In this document: piece after piece, positions 39,301 to 50,227 of the stretch
Position numbering within the stretch: position 1 is the stretch's first letter
How the letters are laid out: every line of letters starts with the position of its first letter
NCBI GenBank assembly: GCA_027604505.1
Contig: JADIIX010000049.1
Location: forward strand, 62,001 to 126,000
Source: Gonapodya sp. JEL0774
Taxonomy: Eukaryota
Reading direction: 5' to 3'
DNA length: 64,000 nucleotides
Translations under genes and position numbers: made by a program
The notes under the pieces: generated by a model
The model's database searches: none
What the model was told of the DNA's origin: nothing
What the model saw: the letters and a program-made list of their open reading frames with translations, nothing else

Positions 39301-40815
39301 TTCCGTCGTTGTCGCCACAGGAACCACTACCTCATCTCCAAGTACAGGCCACAATCTACTCTTCCCCTCTACCCACGATGCTACCATCTGTCCTCCCTGA
39401 AACTGCCTCACAGCCACTTCAGTGAAAACGTAGTCAGCACCGACGCGGATCAGGTCGTGGAGGGGATATAAGCGAGGTAACTTGAAGACCACAAAGGTTG
39501 AAAAGTAAGTCGGGGCGAGGAACGGAGTCGGGGGATGGACCGAGGTTGCCGGAGAAGTAGCATTGAAGGGATACCCGAATGATTCCAGGGGTTCCTTGCC
39601 CTTTTCTTTGTCCTTTTCAGCGGCCCTCGCGCCTTGCCCGTCGCCTGGTCCCACTTGCGGGTCCACCCCGACGTCGCCGGCTGTCCTCTCACCATATCTT
39701 ACTTCTACAACAAAAGTCTCGCCACCTGACCGGCCCTGTATCACGGGAGATTTTGCCACTACGATTCCCCGGAAAGTAAAAGACTTGATGCGGGGTATCG
39801 TTGTGCGTGTGAAAGTAACGACTGAGGGATCGATGGGTGGGGAAGGTTGGTGGGCGGTGGGATGGGAAATGGGGGAGGGACCTGCTGGGAGGGAGTTGGG
39901 ATTGGGTGAGAAAGTTCCCCATTGTAGAAAGTAACGTATGAACGTACCCATTACAGTTCCAGTTCCTTCGAGGTACCTGTTAACTGGCCTCAACGCAGCG
40001 AGCAGAGTCGGCGCGTGGAGATGCGGGAAGCGTTGGCGGTCGTCGATCCATCCCTTGGCCAGACTCTTGTCGGAACGGGGGTCAAAATCGTCCGAGGTGA
40101 AAGCGTACCTGGGGATTTTGTTGAGTGGATGGTGGCGTGGCAGGGGGATGGGGAGGTCGGTGATGAAGAGAGTACCCATGTGGAGGGAGGTTGAATTAGA
40201 GCGGCGTGCCTTAGGGAACGTGTCCGATGCATTTGAGGCACCGTTGGGCTGGTATGTGTATGATGTGATGCAGAGAGGAATACCGGACCAAGGGGATAAG
40301 GTAAAGTGAGGGAGAGTTTGTGAATTGTGGGTGACGGTGGTAGGAGTGTCTTGGGAACTCGTATTCTGTAATATCCGCACAGAAGATGTTGTGGTTGATG
40401 GCGTGAGCTCGGAGTGATATGGTAGAGGTGCGTCCACGGGCGACGTGTAACCAGAGAGGAGGATGTCGAGCGGGGGTGGATAGACCGCATTCGATGAGGA
40501 AGGGTGGTGGAATTGGGACCGTTGGGGAGCAAAGACACAGCGCAGCGCTCCGGTTTTATCGGACACGAAGAACGAGTCAAGGTCATTCCGTGCATGCGGA
40601 GATATAGAAAGAGGCCAGCCGATGTGGAGGGTGACCGAGAGGACCGGGAGAGGGTTCGCAAAAGTTCCCTTCTCCGGCAACGAGTGCGAAGAGTGAGGGG
40701 AAGAAGCTGTGTTGCTGGTGGTGATGTTGTTGGTCCCGGCAATGAGAGACGATATGCAGATGAATTTGAAATGGACGAGGCTTGATTCCTCGATAGTGGT
40801 CGATCCATGGCTCAT
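36319..40815 (-). CDS. CTC1: CST complex subunit CTC1 (multi-OB-fold telomere/replication protein), single 1498-aa ORF
   Basis: Motifs resembling animal CTC1: VECHNVHL; LGGKIQASSRGHFELADITGRIP; WPLGVIPGAIIRVWNSARKASKGGRSIYC; and a C-terminal Zn-ribbon OB fold, FQCDVC..RC..C..AEARAVVEDGTGEA. Confidence 0.8.
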   Translation of the reverse strand: MSHGSTTIEESSLVHFKFICISSLIAGTNNITTSNTASSPHSSHSLPEKGTFANPLPVLSVTLHIGWPLSISPHARNDLDSFFVSDKTGALRCVFAPQRSQFHHPSSSNAVYPPPLDILLSGYTSPVDAPLPYHSELTPSTTTSSVRILQNTSSQDTPTTVTHNSQTLPHFTLSPWSGIPLCITSYTYQPNGASNASDTFPKARRSNSTSLHMGTLFITDLPIPLPRHHPLNKIPRYAFTSDDFDPRSDKSLAKGWIDDRQRFPHLHAPTLLAALRPVNRYLEGTGTVMGTFIRYFLQWGTFSPNPNSLPAGPSPISHPTAHQPSPPIDPSVVTFTRTTIPRIKSFTFRGIVVAKSPVIQGRSGGETFVVEVRYGERTAGDVGVDPQVGPGDGQGARAAEKDKEKGKEPLESFGYPFNATSPATSVHPPTPFLAPTYFSTFVVFKLPRLYPLHDLIRVGADYVFTEVAVRQFQGGQMVASWVEGKSRLWPVLGDEVVVPVATTTETANAMTNHVNSRATTLLSDVTTNVRQWAKPPHDCTTGTPSMISYSGTVSNIPSDILITPLVLLDGEVQLHFHRIAVARDLCAGSSVECHNVHLTRTIDGKSILVACSRSTIEVVVKAPHPSGGSVSSLTPSDTAHVVVPSYPVPVAIASWSSALDAIHLHIIHSDLRRKGLIRLIPRNLVYGSGDPNHPSLLAALATRWRYAEIVDVPCADVFTTFLNHSECCAARRGFEVRRFPTLNELSRHPAVLAMRESEEYALAVLAPADVGMDRAVLGGKIQASSRGHFELADITGRIPLVVQRSEGVPINGSLDPSMIGGLWMVEQWELVVERVANGLITMWVRCKEEDLVCLVERGGLLESAEVKSDGCVEDSKNGADVSKSDAPANTFVDIIVKFTFVSAPRLHLLSDGQTTFAASCEGIVREDSTTNTGSIDEADRIPVASAPVFAHLIFRGDAVAWLAYLETGRCYRIHRVIMEEQLRETGEFVVEVGKKSRVEIVSRNGFESRGLINPEDGGQNLPDMSDDTMSIMTQEDRLWMDNASSANGSIAAGPTCDSSKNNSGIKVDLLGRIVFDPVTQSTSSPALTRVQMVYSAHAPYLSDVCEVLNSNDAHSFKGTQHGYLERLASFEGVIVSKEFRDREGGGVWWMRNLESGTSKPNIARPVELFHEFAVGTGRVGKVLYLKIRDLVGIDVVDFYWDLSVHVWPLGVIPGAIIRVWNSARKASKGGRSIYCASLACTAVEVCGNVSSTDGAGFSVRNRLPNELDIASLSRAPRFCLCELLEVELLHLRTTLQVSCRIIALAEVTLRFQCDVCGTRYRDQRCGNSCGSDRGHFSAEARAVVEDGTGEAHVYFEGPRAVFELLRTGAILETSLQEVTSRKGEISYRNVDFYSIAEDQEDIYSAALSSQDEAADDDVLRAICRDDHIFRDVVVYGKRYRREGDEKYPERTVKLSSGDAPLETFSLPRLVIKATRVEDINISTCISRELAYYETEFKF

Positions 40816-41583
40816 CAGGGTCGCCAGCGACAGCCAATCATCCCTTCCCGGGTTCCCGGTTGCGACTTCTCAAACGAGAAGCAATCCAGCAACTTCGGGT
40901 GAATAGTTTCCGAGTTCTAGACTCGTGGCGGCGAAGATTCGGTTGGGACTAGCGCTTCAAAGGCCGGCAGCTGGAGGTTATCAAGATTTTGAATTGATTC
41001 GAAATCTTGCACGGATTCGCTCACGTGTTCCGCTTTCAGACGCTTTCTGAACTACACTGGCACTTCACCCTCTCGTGTTCTTCCTCGTATGTAGGTTCGT
41101 TCTTTTGCCCAAACCTGTGAGGATTCGCATTGGGTGCTTGATCCAGTAACACAAGAAACTTCCGCACATTTTCACTTTGAATCAGGAGTTATCGACGAAG
41201 ATCCCCAATGTTTTCTCCTCTGATTGCCGCTTTTTTTATGAAGCACTAAGACTTTTTGTTAGCGTCATGGGGATAGTGCGATTTTGAAGTTGGATCCCCG
41301 TAATCAAACTATCTGGGACCTCGCGATTTAAGAAATCTTTTTTTTTTCCAATACTGCACGTCTATTCAATACGCCCATTTTGAGCCGAATGGTGGGGCAA
41401 GTTGTCATGGAGGTCGGGGATGTTCCTGCGGAGCGGAACAACTCTGAGACCTGGACACAGGGTTCACGATCACAGTGTGATAAGGATTGATCCACCACAC
41501 AGATATATATGAATGTATGTCCACACAGCGCACAGTTTTCTTGACCAAGACTCCCTACAGGGCAGAGTTTCATCTCCATCATC

Positions 41584-44500
41584 ATGCCCTCGGATATCAG
41601 AAGCCATTCTTTCCATCGCGTGGTCATCGTCGGTCTGGGCATGGTCGGCCTCAAGATGTGCGAGTCGCTCATCTCCATCGACGAACTGGCCGGCGCTTCT
41701 TCCTCGGAGTCATTCCAAATCACCGCTTTCTCGGAAGAACCCAATGCAGCTTACAATCGCATGCTACTCACCTCCTATTTTGAACATGGCTCCGTCGAAG
41801 CGCTGACGATGAAACCTGCCAGCTGGTTTGTGGGAAAGGGCATTAAAGTGGTCAAAAGGAGAGTCACAAAGATTGATAGAGCAAGGAAGGTGGTCACTGA
41901 CACTGCTGGAGCGGAAACAGAAGTATGTGTGGAGGAGCGGTGACTCGATGACGCAAATCTCTCACCACTCGCATCTAATCGTCCAGTACGATACACTTAT
42001 AATTGCAACCGGATCTAACTCCTTTGTCCCTCCCATCAAAAATGTTGAAGCCCCCGGTGTCTTCGTCTACCGAACCATCGAGGACCTTGACAACATGATT
42101 GCCTACGCCAAATCCTGCAAGCAAGCGGCTGTTCTTGGCGGAGGTTGGCTCATTGAATATTCACAAAAACTGAATCTCGTTTTGTTATAACCCGAGAACA
42201 TCTACCGATAGGCCTTCTCGGTCTTGAAGCCGCCGCCGCCCTGATGCACCTCAATCTCCAAACTACCGTCGTTGAGCGAAATCCGCACGCGCTTGCCCGC
42301 CAACTTGATGCCGAAGGTGCTAGCGTGATGATGCAAGAGCTTGACCGATTAGGACTCAACGTGGCAGTGCGCAAGGACACCAAACAGATTCTGACAAACG
42401 CAGAGGGACGCGTAAGAGGACTTGAGTTCGTGCACAAGCAGGGAACTCACAGCGGAGACGATGTTTTAGAATGTCAGATGGTTGTGGTGAGCGTCGGTAT
42501 CGCATCGAGGGATGAGTTGAGCAAGGAGTGCGGGTTGGAGGTATGTTAGCAACACATGATGACAGCACTCAGCGAATCGGGAGATCTCATGCCACGAAAC
42601 TCCGACATATCCAATAGACTCATGCAAGGGGTGGTACCGTTACAGATGACGAGCTCCGCACTTCGGACCCCTCCATCTTCGCCGTCGGAGAGGCTGTTTC
42701 TCATCGGGGAATTGTATACGGGCTTGGTGAGTAATACTGGCGTTTGTGTCCATACCATCAAAATCTTACTACAATCTCATGCAACATCCTCTTCTTCCAG
42801 TTCAACCTGGCTATGAAATGGCCCAAGTGGTTGCATCTGTGCTTGCAAAGGAACGTCACATGCGCTGCCACGCTGGGTCCGCCCTCTCGGCACCGGCCAC
42901 CAAGCGATTCTTGGGGAGTGACATGTCTACAAAACTCAAACTCGCGGGTGTGCACGTGGCGAGCTTCGGAGACTACTTTGCGGACAGGGACGGTTACAAG
43001 GGGGTGCCCGCGGCGGATGTCGTAACGGCGGTAGCCAAGGATCCGTTCGGTAAGCCTTGAATGGCAATCGATTTTGGGCGTTGGATGGGGAGAGTGGTTT
43101 TCTTACGGTCATGTTCTTCGCACAGGGTGCTCCTACAAAAAGCTCCTCTTCTCCAAGGATGGCAAACAGTTGTACGGTGGAATCGTACGTTTTTCTCTCT
43201 AAGTAATCTATTGTTGCTCTTCAGTACATCGACTGACTCCGTTATCTGATCGTCCAAAGCTCGTGGGCGATGCCACAACGGAGTACACCAAGCTACACAC
43301 TTTGGCTCGCAGTGCAGCACCGCTCAAAGTCTCACCCTCGGAGCTACTAGGTCGCAAGAAGGGTGGTGATACAGAAGAGGAGGATGTGAGGTTTTCTGAT
43401 CCGACCCTGGGGGCCATTTTCTGCCCCTCTCTAACTTCACACATGCAACATGTACACCTCCCAGGATCTCCCCGACGAAGCTCAAATTTGCTCTTGTAAC
43501 AACGTCACCAAGAAAGCTCTCGTTGAGGCTGTTAAGGCCGGTAACAAGACCCTCCCCGCACTCAAATCCTGCACGCAGGCCGGTTTGGGCTGCGGCGGAT
43601 GTGTTCCCGCGGTGACATCGATCATGAACGCGGAGATAAAGAAAATGGGAGGAACAGTGAAAAACTCTTTATGCGAGCACTTTGACTTTTCGAGGAAGGA
43701 GGTTGGTCTTGTTGTGCACAAAATATTGACGTGGTCTGATCAATGGTTCTGGTACGTTTCAGCTATTCGAGATCGTTAAAATAACAAAAACGAAGACATT
43801 TTGGGACCTTTTGAAGACTCATGGCCGAGGTAACGGTTGTGAGGTCAGTCAATTCTCAAGTGTTCGTTTATGAACTTGCTCGTGCTCACTCTATTGTTCT
43901 CGGCCTGACAAGGTCTGCAAACCAGCCGTCGCCTCAATTCTCGCCTCTCTTCACAACGAAAATGTCATTGCTAAGGCGCACATGCCGCTACAAGACACCA
44001 ACGATAGATTCCTCGCCAACATTCAGCGAGGTGGTTCGTTTTCGGTTGTGCCTAGGATCGCCGGGGGCGAGATCACTCCGGAGGGTCTCATTGCTATCGG
44101 GCAGGTTGCCAAAGAGTTTGGACTCTACACCAAAATAACTGGTGGACAGAGGATCGGTGGGTTGTCAACGGGGAGGGCTTCCGTGTTTTGCGGAAACCTG
44201 ACCACTTCCGGTTCTTCAAGACATGTTTGGTGCGCAAAAGGAGGACCTCCCGACAATCTGGGAAAAACTCATTGCAGCTGGCTTCGAATCTGGCCACGCG
44301 TACGGAAAATCCCTGCGTACCGTCAAATCATGTGTAGGCTCCTCGTGGTGTCGGTATGGTATGAGGGACTCTGCTCGTTTTGCGATAGAGGTGGAGAACC
44401 GATATAAGGGAGTTCGGTCACCTCACAAGCTAAAGGGCGGTGTGAGTGGGTGTGTGCGAGAGTGTGCTGAGGCTCAAAGCAAGGACTTCGGCCTTATTGC

Positions 44501-45740
44501 TACGGAGAAGGGATGGAATGTGTAGGTTATCAGATGCTTCCGTTGCCTCCATGAAAGTGGTTTTCTGAATGTACTCCACTATTTCATTTTATTTGTGCAG
44601 CTACGTAGGCGGCAACGGCGGATCCACACCGAAACACGCTCTCCTTCTGGCATCGGAAGTGCCCGAAGAACTCGTTATCAAATATCTCGATCGGTACCTC
44701 ATGTACTATATTGCTACAGCCGACAAGCTCACCCGGACTGCGCGGTGGATCGAGAAGCTAGAAGGGGGAATTAAGCACTTGCAAGATGTCGTGATTCACG
44801 ACAGCCTGGGGATTGCAGTGGAGCTGGAGGAGCAGATGGCGCACCTCGTCAGCACATACAAAGAGTGAGTCGTACTTTGAGGGGAACCGAAGGAAGCGCA
44901 GAGCATTATGTTTGCTCACTGATCGGCCGTGACATCTTCCAGCGAATGGGCGGAAGTCGTTAACAACCCGGAACTTCGAAGGCAGTTTAAGCAATTTGTG
45001 AACTCGGAAGAGACGCAGGAGAGCATCGTCATGCTCAAGAAGCGTGGTCAGATCGAGCCGGCACCGTGGCCCAAGAATGGAACCGGTGCGGGACCGTCAA
45101 AGGAAGACACGGAGGCGCTCATCCGTGAGAGTGGTGACCAATTGGAATGGGTGGATGTCGGTAAGGTGGTGAGTTCCGTGACTCACTGAGACCAAACTAA
45201 GTTTGCACCTTATGAGCACGTCGGCTTGATTGTAGGCCGATTTCGTTGACGATACAGGTCGCACGGTGAAGTACGGTGACACTCAACTCGCAGTATTCCG
45301 GACATTGTCCGGCGACGGATCCATTCAGTGGTATGCTTCTCAAAATGTGAGTTTCGTGAATATGTGAAGATCTATTCAAGGACTATTGTGACACAAGCAC
45401 AATCGACTCGTAGATGTGTCCCCACAAACGGTCCCTCGTTTTGTCCCAGGGTCTCCTCGGCGACGCCAATGGTGTTCCCAAGGTTGCTTGTCCCTTCCAC
45501 AAAAAGACATTCGCACTCACTACTGGCGAAGGTATCGACGATCCCAGCTTCTCGATCAGCACCTTCGAAGTTCGCATTGCGGGCGGGGACAGGATCGAAG
45601 TGAAGCTACCCAGCATCAAAACCCTGGATCGGGCATTAGGTACGAGTGCATGGAAAGTTGGCAAAGAGAGACGGCGAGCGAAAAAGATTGAGGGAGGGTG
45701 CGGTGGAGCATGCGGAGGAGGGGAGGAGCTAGCGTGGTGA
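41584..45740 (+). CDS. niiA: Assimilatory NAD(P)H nitrite reductase (NirB-type with fused Rieske NirD-like domain), multi-exon
   Basis: FAD site VVIVGLGMVG, AYNR, IIATGS, VLGGGLLGLEAA, MSTKLKL, 2Fe-2S motifs ICSCNNV..CGGC and GCEVCKP, LQDTNDRFLANIQR, siroheme/4Fe-4S motifs KSCVGSSWCRYG and GCVRECAEAQ, Rieske CPHK..CPFHKK. Stop TGA at 45738-45740. Confidence 0.97.
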
Positions 45741-46126
45741 AAGAACTCTCGTTCGACTGGTCGTCCACATTTAAAATATCTAGAGGATTTGTATCCCGCT
45801 GCATTACATAATGATCATGTATACTACTAGAAAAGTTTTATTGCTGAATAATCACAACTTTGAATCTTTCATTGCCTGCTCAATAACACGAAGACAGAGC
45901 TGACAATTTACACTTTCCTCTCACCAATATCTGCATCGATCATAGTTCTACGAACTCTGATTTACGTCAGGTTGGGTTGTTCTTGTCACACGTCGCGCTT
46001 CCCCAGTGTTGTGACACCAGTTTTCGACTCAACCTTACAAATTTGGATCTTTCTGAGCATACTCAGTACTGAGCACAATTTCAGTGTCTTAGAGGGCGCT
46101 CAAACTCGAATCACCGAAGCTGCGTA

Positions 46127-47987
46127 ATGTCCCAAATCACAGAACTATCGCTTCAGAATCCGCTTCTTTCCGTGCACCAATTGGAGTCGACACCGAGCAC
46201 TCGCGATGGACTCTCTGAAGGTGGGTTATTCCCGCCAGGTTGTCTCAGAATGAAAAATGCGTTGTCGGATCCCATCCAACAACCATATCCCCTTTGGCGA
46301 TACTGATTTCAACTCCGCGCGTGACTTTTCACGCTCTCTGACAACCGAATGACACTCAACGGTAGATATGGAGGAGGACCTGCGCCTTTTTGGGTCGGAG
46401 CTGGTCCAGTCCGTCGGGATTCTGCTGCAGTTGTTGGTTCTATTCCTTTGCAACGGTGGTTTGTTCATATATTGGTTTCTCACACGTCAACCTTCCGATT
46501 TGGATTGTGCGAAGGCCTCAGACTGCTGTTGCGATAGCCTTAGTGCTGTTTCAGCGTTTCTTTTCTGTCTCGTCTTTTCGACAATATGGTATTCGGGTAC
46601 GCTTTCTGTTGAGTTCAGTGAAAACATATTCCTCGTGCTCCAACACGCTCTACACTCTTCTGCTCATTAGGACGTTGTTCTTGGCTCCATATCTCTTGCC
46701 TCAAAAGTCTCAGAACATCCCCGAAAACTTCAAGACATGATTGCTACTTTCGATTACGCCGTTAAACGTCACCGTCGACGATTCGCCGAGCCCCTCGAGG
46801 CATTCTCGGCTCAATTTTTTGAATTGCGAAGTTCGCTGTTGGCGGGAGAGATGCACGTGCTGAGGAGACTTGGTTTCAACGTCCATGTGGAGCACCCGTA
46901 CTCATTGCTAATAAACTACTTGAAAGCTCTGGAGCTGGACGGAAACCAAGAAATGTGCCAAAAATCTTGGAATTTCGTCAACGACATGTGAGCCGCCCGG
47001 CATATGATGTTGAACGGTTTCGTTTCGAACCAAACCCCCAAACCGCAGGCTTCGCACCCGTCTTCCAGTTCTCCTCCCACCCACCGTACTCGCCGTCTCG
47101 GCCATTCATCTTGCTGCCCTTCACCTATCTATCCCTCTCCCAACCTCTTGGCTTGCGGTGTTCGAAGCAGACCCGGCAGATGTGTACATTGCGTGTGCGG
47201 TTGTCGAACAGGGATATGCCAGAGTCAAGGCTCGGAAAGTGAAGAAGTCGTGGAAGAAGGATATGCCCGTCGCGTTAAGGGAGGTTGAGGCGTGGGTTGC
47301 AAAAGTGGAGGAGGGAGAAAGGAATGGGGGTGTGACTGTAGAGGAGGAGAAGGTGGATGTGGACCCTGGAGGGGATGGTTCCGGAGATAGAGAGGAAAAC
47401 GATAATAAGGACATTGTGATCAGTGCCTCAAATGGGAACGGAAACGGTGAGAACCACCCTGCTTCGGAGCCCCGTGTTGGCTTGACAAACGGCACTGAGG
47501 CCAGCAAAGGGTCCATCCACCCACTACCACCCAAACCTGACGGCGGTGGCAGCGGGAGTGCTAAAGTGGGCGTGGTAACGGTCGGGAGTGAGGATTCAAA
47601 GTTTAGGGATGTGGACCGTAAAGTGCGCGGGTCGCGTACCGAGTCACGAAGAAGTGAAAGCAGGAGTCGGAGCAGAAGCCGGAGTCGGAGCAGAAGTAGA
47701 GACAGGTACAAGAGGAGAAGGAGGTGAGTTCTATCAGAAGCTGTTAGTGGTATTGCGATTCAAACCGTCGCCATCTCAGGGACTCTCGTTCGCGTTCCCG
47801 TTCCCGGTCACCCTCGCGTTCCCCATCCCGCCGGGACCGCGATCGGCGAGATCGTTACCGGGACGGTGACGATCGTCGACGAAGAGGGAAGAGTAGGAAT
47901 AGATCGAGAGATCGGAGTAAGGATAGAAGAGTAGGTGGTGGAGGGAGTAGTGGTGGAAGTAGGACTGCCGATAGGTATCGGCCGTAA
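46127..47987 (+). CDS. Cyclin L (cyclin box + C-terminal RS domain), multi-exon
   Basis: TPSTRDGL..E..LRLFGSEL, LPQTAVAIALVLFQRFF, LASKVSE, EMHVLRRLGFNVHVEHPY, WNFVND, and an Arg/Ser-rich tail. Stop TAA at 47985-47987. Confidence 0.9.
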
Positions 47988-48170
47988 TCGAGGTGTACAG
48001 GTTGTAACTATGGAGTCGGGTGTCCAGTGTCCCCGCAGCGGAACAAGCATAGAATCGGGTCCGTGATGGTGCTTGTGCGATCTTTTTCTTTTATGGTACA
48101 CATAATAATGCAACCGAGGCGAGCGAGAACAGGCGATGTCTGTTCCTCATAAACTTCCACACACGACTCC

Positions 48171-50078
48171 TCATAGCTTCACCACTTGCTCTTGCTGATA
48201 CCCCATCTTCTTCAGAACTCCGCCCAACGGCCCGGGGGAATCGTCGGGGGCGCGGGGACCTGCCAGGTGCGCCACCATGCTGGATAGGCAGGGAGAAGGA
48301 CGAAATCGCGTGAGGAAGAAGGGTTTCACAGGGACGAGAAGGATGGATTACAGGGCGGGGGGAACAATCGACTGATTCAGTGCGACGTACCGTTCCGGCC
48401 CACATACAAGCACCACACCATTTTTGCCTGTACCTGGTGGTGGTAGCCCAGCCTTCTTCACCATCGCCTCGTCCACTCTGCCTACCAAACCGCGCCACTG
48501 TGCCTTGCCGGCATCATCCACCGTACTGTCCACCGTGTATGTGACTCTGAACCTATTGGGATACATGGCTGCCAGCGAGTCGAGTTCGTTTTTGTAGAGA
48601 ATTGATTCGGGGGAGCGGGATGCGTACAGGAGTGTGACTTTGGGTTGGACGTTGTATAGGGAGGAAGTCGGAGGAGAGGTTGACAAGAGATGAGGGAGGA
48701 GTTGGATGAGCGGTGTGATGCCAGTGCCGGCGGCAATCTGGAAGAGGAATCGGCGAGGAACAGTGAGGTGGTGCGTAGCGAGTGGGGTGAGTTGTGTTGA
48801 GGACAAATTAGTCCGCCCGTCAAATTAGTGCGCCCGTCTCAGCTTCAGTGGTCTCAAAATCCCTCTCGCCCGCACTGAGTCGTGTATCCAATACTCACAA
48901 ATCCAATCTCTTTCTGACTCCCAACTTCCCACCCTACGAACAGCCCCCTCATGTCGACCTTGGCTCCCACTTTCCTCCCAACCAGCCACGGTGTCACACC
49001 TCCTTCGTCATACCTTTTGACGACCAAGGCAAATTCGGTCGGTGTGATGAAGAGCGGGGTGTAGAAGCGGAGTAGTTGCGCAGACGGCTCGCGGAGGTGG
49101 AGGTGGATCAACGCGAGGGGGGGAAGGTCACGAGGAGAAGGCTGCAGGAAGGGGTGGGTGGGTGAAGGAGTGGAGGGCCTGGATGGGGTTATTGGGGACA
49201 TGGAAGAGCAGTGAGGTAGGTCCTGTTGCTCTCGGGTGGTTGAGCGTGGAAAGGGAATTGCGTTCGTTCCTCTCTGTGTTTCACGGACTCTCTCACACCC
49301 ACCTGGAACTTTCTTGACTACCCGTCACTGACGGAAACGCTGTTGGTGCGAGACCCCCCACGAGGGTCTTTGCTGTTGCGCTCTTTTCCTTTTCGGCAAG
49401 GAGGTCCGCCTCCCTCGAGACGGGGATCTCTCTCCTAAACTTGAGTTTGTATACATGTGGAGCGATAAGTTGCTTTTCGATCAACTCAAAGGCCGTGAAT
49501 TTGCGTGTGTCGAATACAGGTGGTGGTTCGTAGACCGTCAAGTAGTGATGTACTTGGTACGCGAGGAGCGCTGCAGATGCTATGAGGCCAATAACAAGTG
49601 CCGGGGTCGAAGACTTGTCTATGGTCGGAAATGTATGTCGGGCTTGGGGTGGTGCAAAATTTGACGGTGGTGGCAGTGAGAAGGAATTGTAATCGTGGTT
49701 ACCGTTCTGGCGTGGAAAAGAAAACGGTGGGAGCGGCGACGGGGGGTCAGTCCGGTGCAGACTCAGTGGTCCCACAAGCGGGGGAAGGTGCGCAGCCTGT
49801 TCGCTCCGGGAAGGTCGCGGTGGAGAAGATGTCGGGGAATCGTGTTCGTTGGGGGTATGATGTGGACCGGACAAGGACGAAAAAGAACGCGAAGAATACA
49901 ACCATCGCGGATGCATTTGTTGCAAAGTCCACGCAGGATGTGTCGATCGCTTCTCTCGCCCTCCTTGTAGCGGTGTCCGAGGGCCAACCACGATATTCCC
50001 ACTTGCAAATCCTCTCGCTGAAGATATCGAGTCCGTTCCTCGGAAAATTCCCCGTCTAATCCTTGAAACTGCTGCCAT
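48171..50078 (-). CDS. NADH-cytochrome b5 reductase-like flavoprotein (MCR1/CYC2-like) with basic presequence and TM anchor
   Basis: Arg/Ser-rich N-terminus, TM segment ALVIGLIASAALLAY, FTAFELIEK, RFYTP, VKRYDEGGVT, IAAGTGITPLIQ, TLLYASR, VLVCGP. Last exon MVAHLAGPRAPDDSPGPLGGVLKKMGYQQEQVVKL-stop. Confidence 0.88.
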
Positions 50079-50227
50079 CACGACGGTGTTTCGATGCTTG
50101 ATAGGCGATGATCCATCGAGGTGAAGAGACACTCGAAGTGTCTAAACGGGTGGTGGCACATGCGTTCGTTGCCCAGACAGGACCAACGGGCAAACACTGC
50201 ATATTATTACACATTGTGAATCTGTGC

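Noticed and set aside
40816..41583. AreA/NIT2 GATA sites and a NirA-like site upstream of the nitrite reductase
   Set aside because: A few GATAA hits (for example 41479) are expected by chance. CTCCGCAGG on the minus strand near 41425-41433 does not match CTCCGHGG exactly.
47640..47830. AGCAGAAGCCGG-type repeats
   Set aside because: They simply encode the RS domain of cyclin L.
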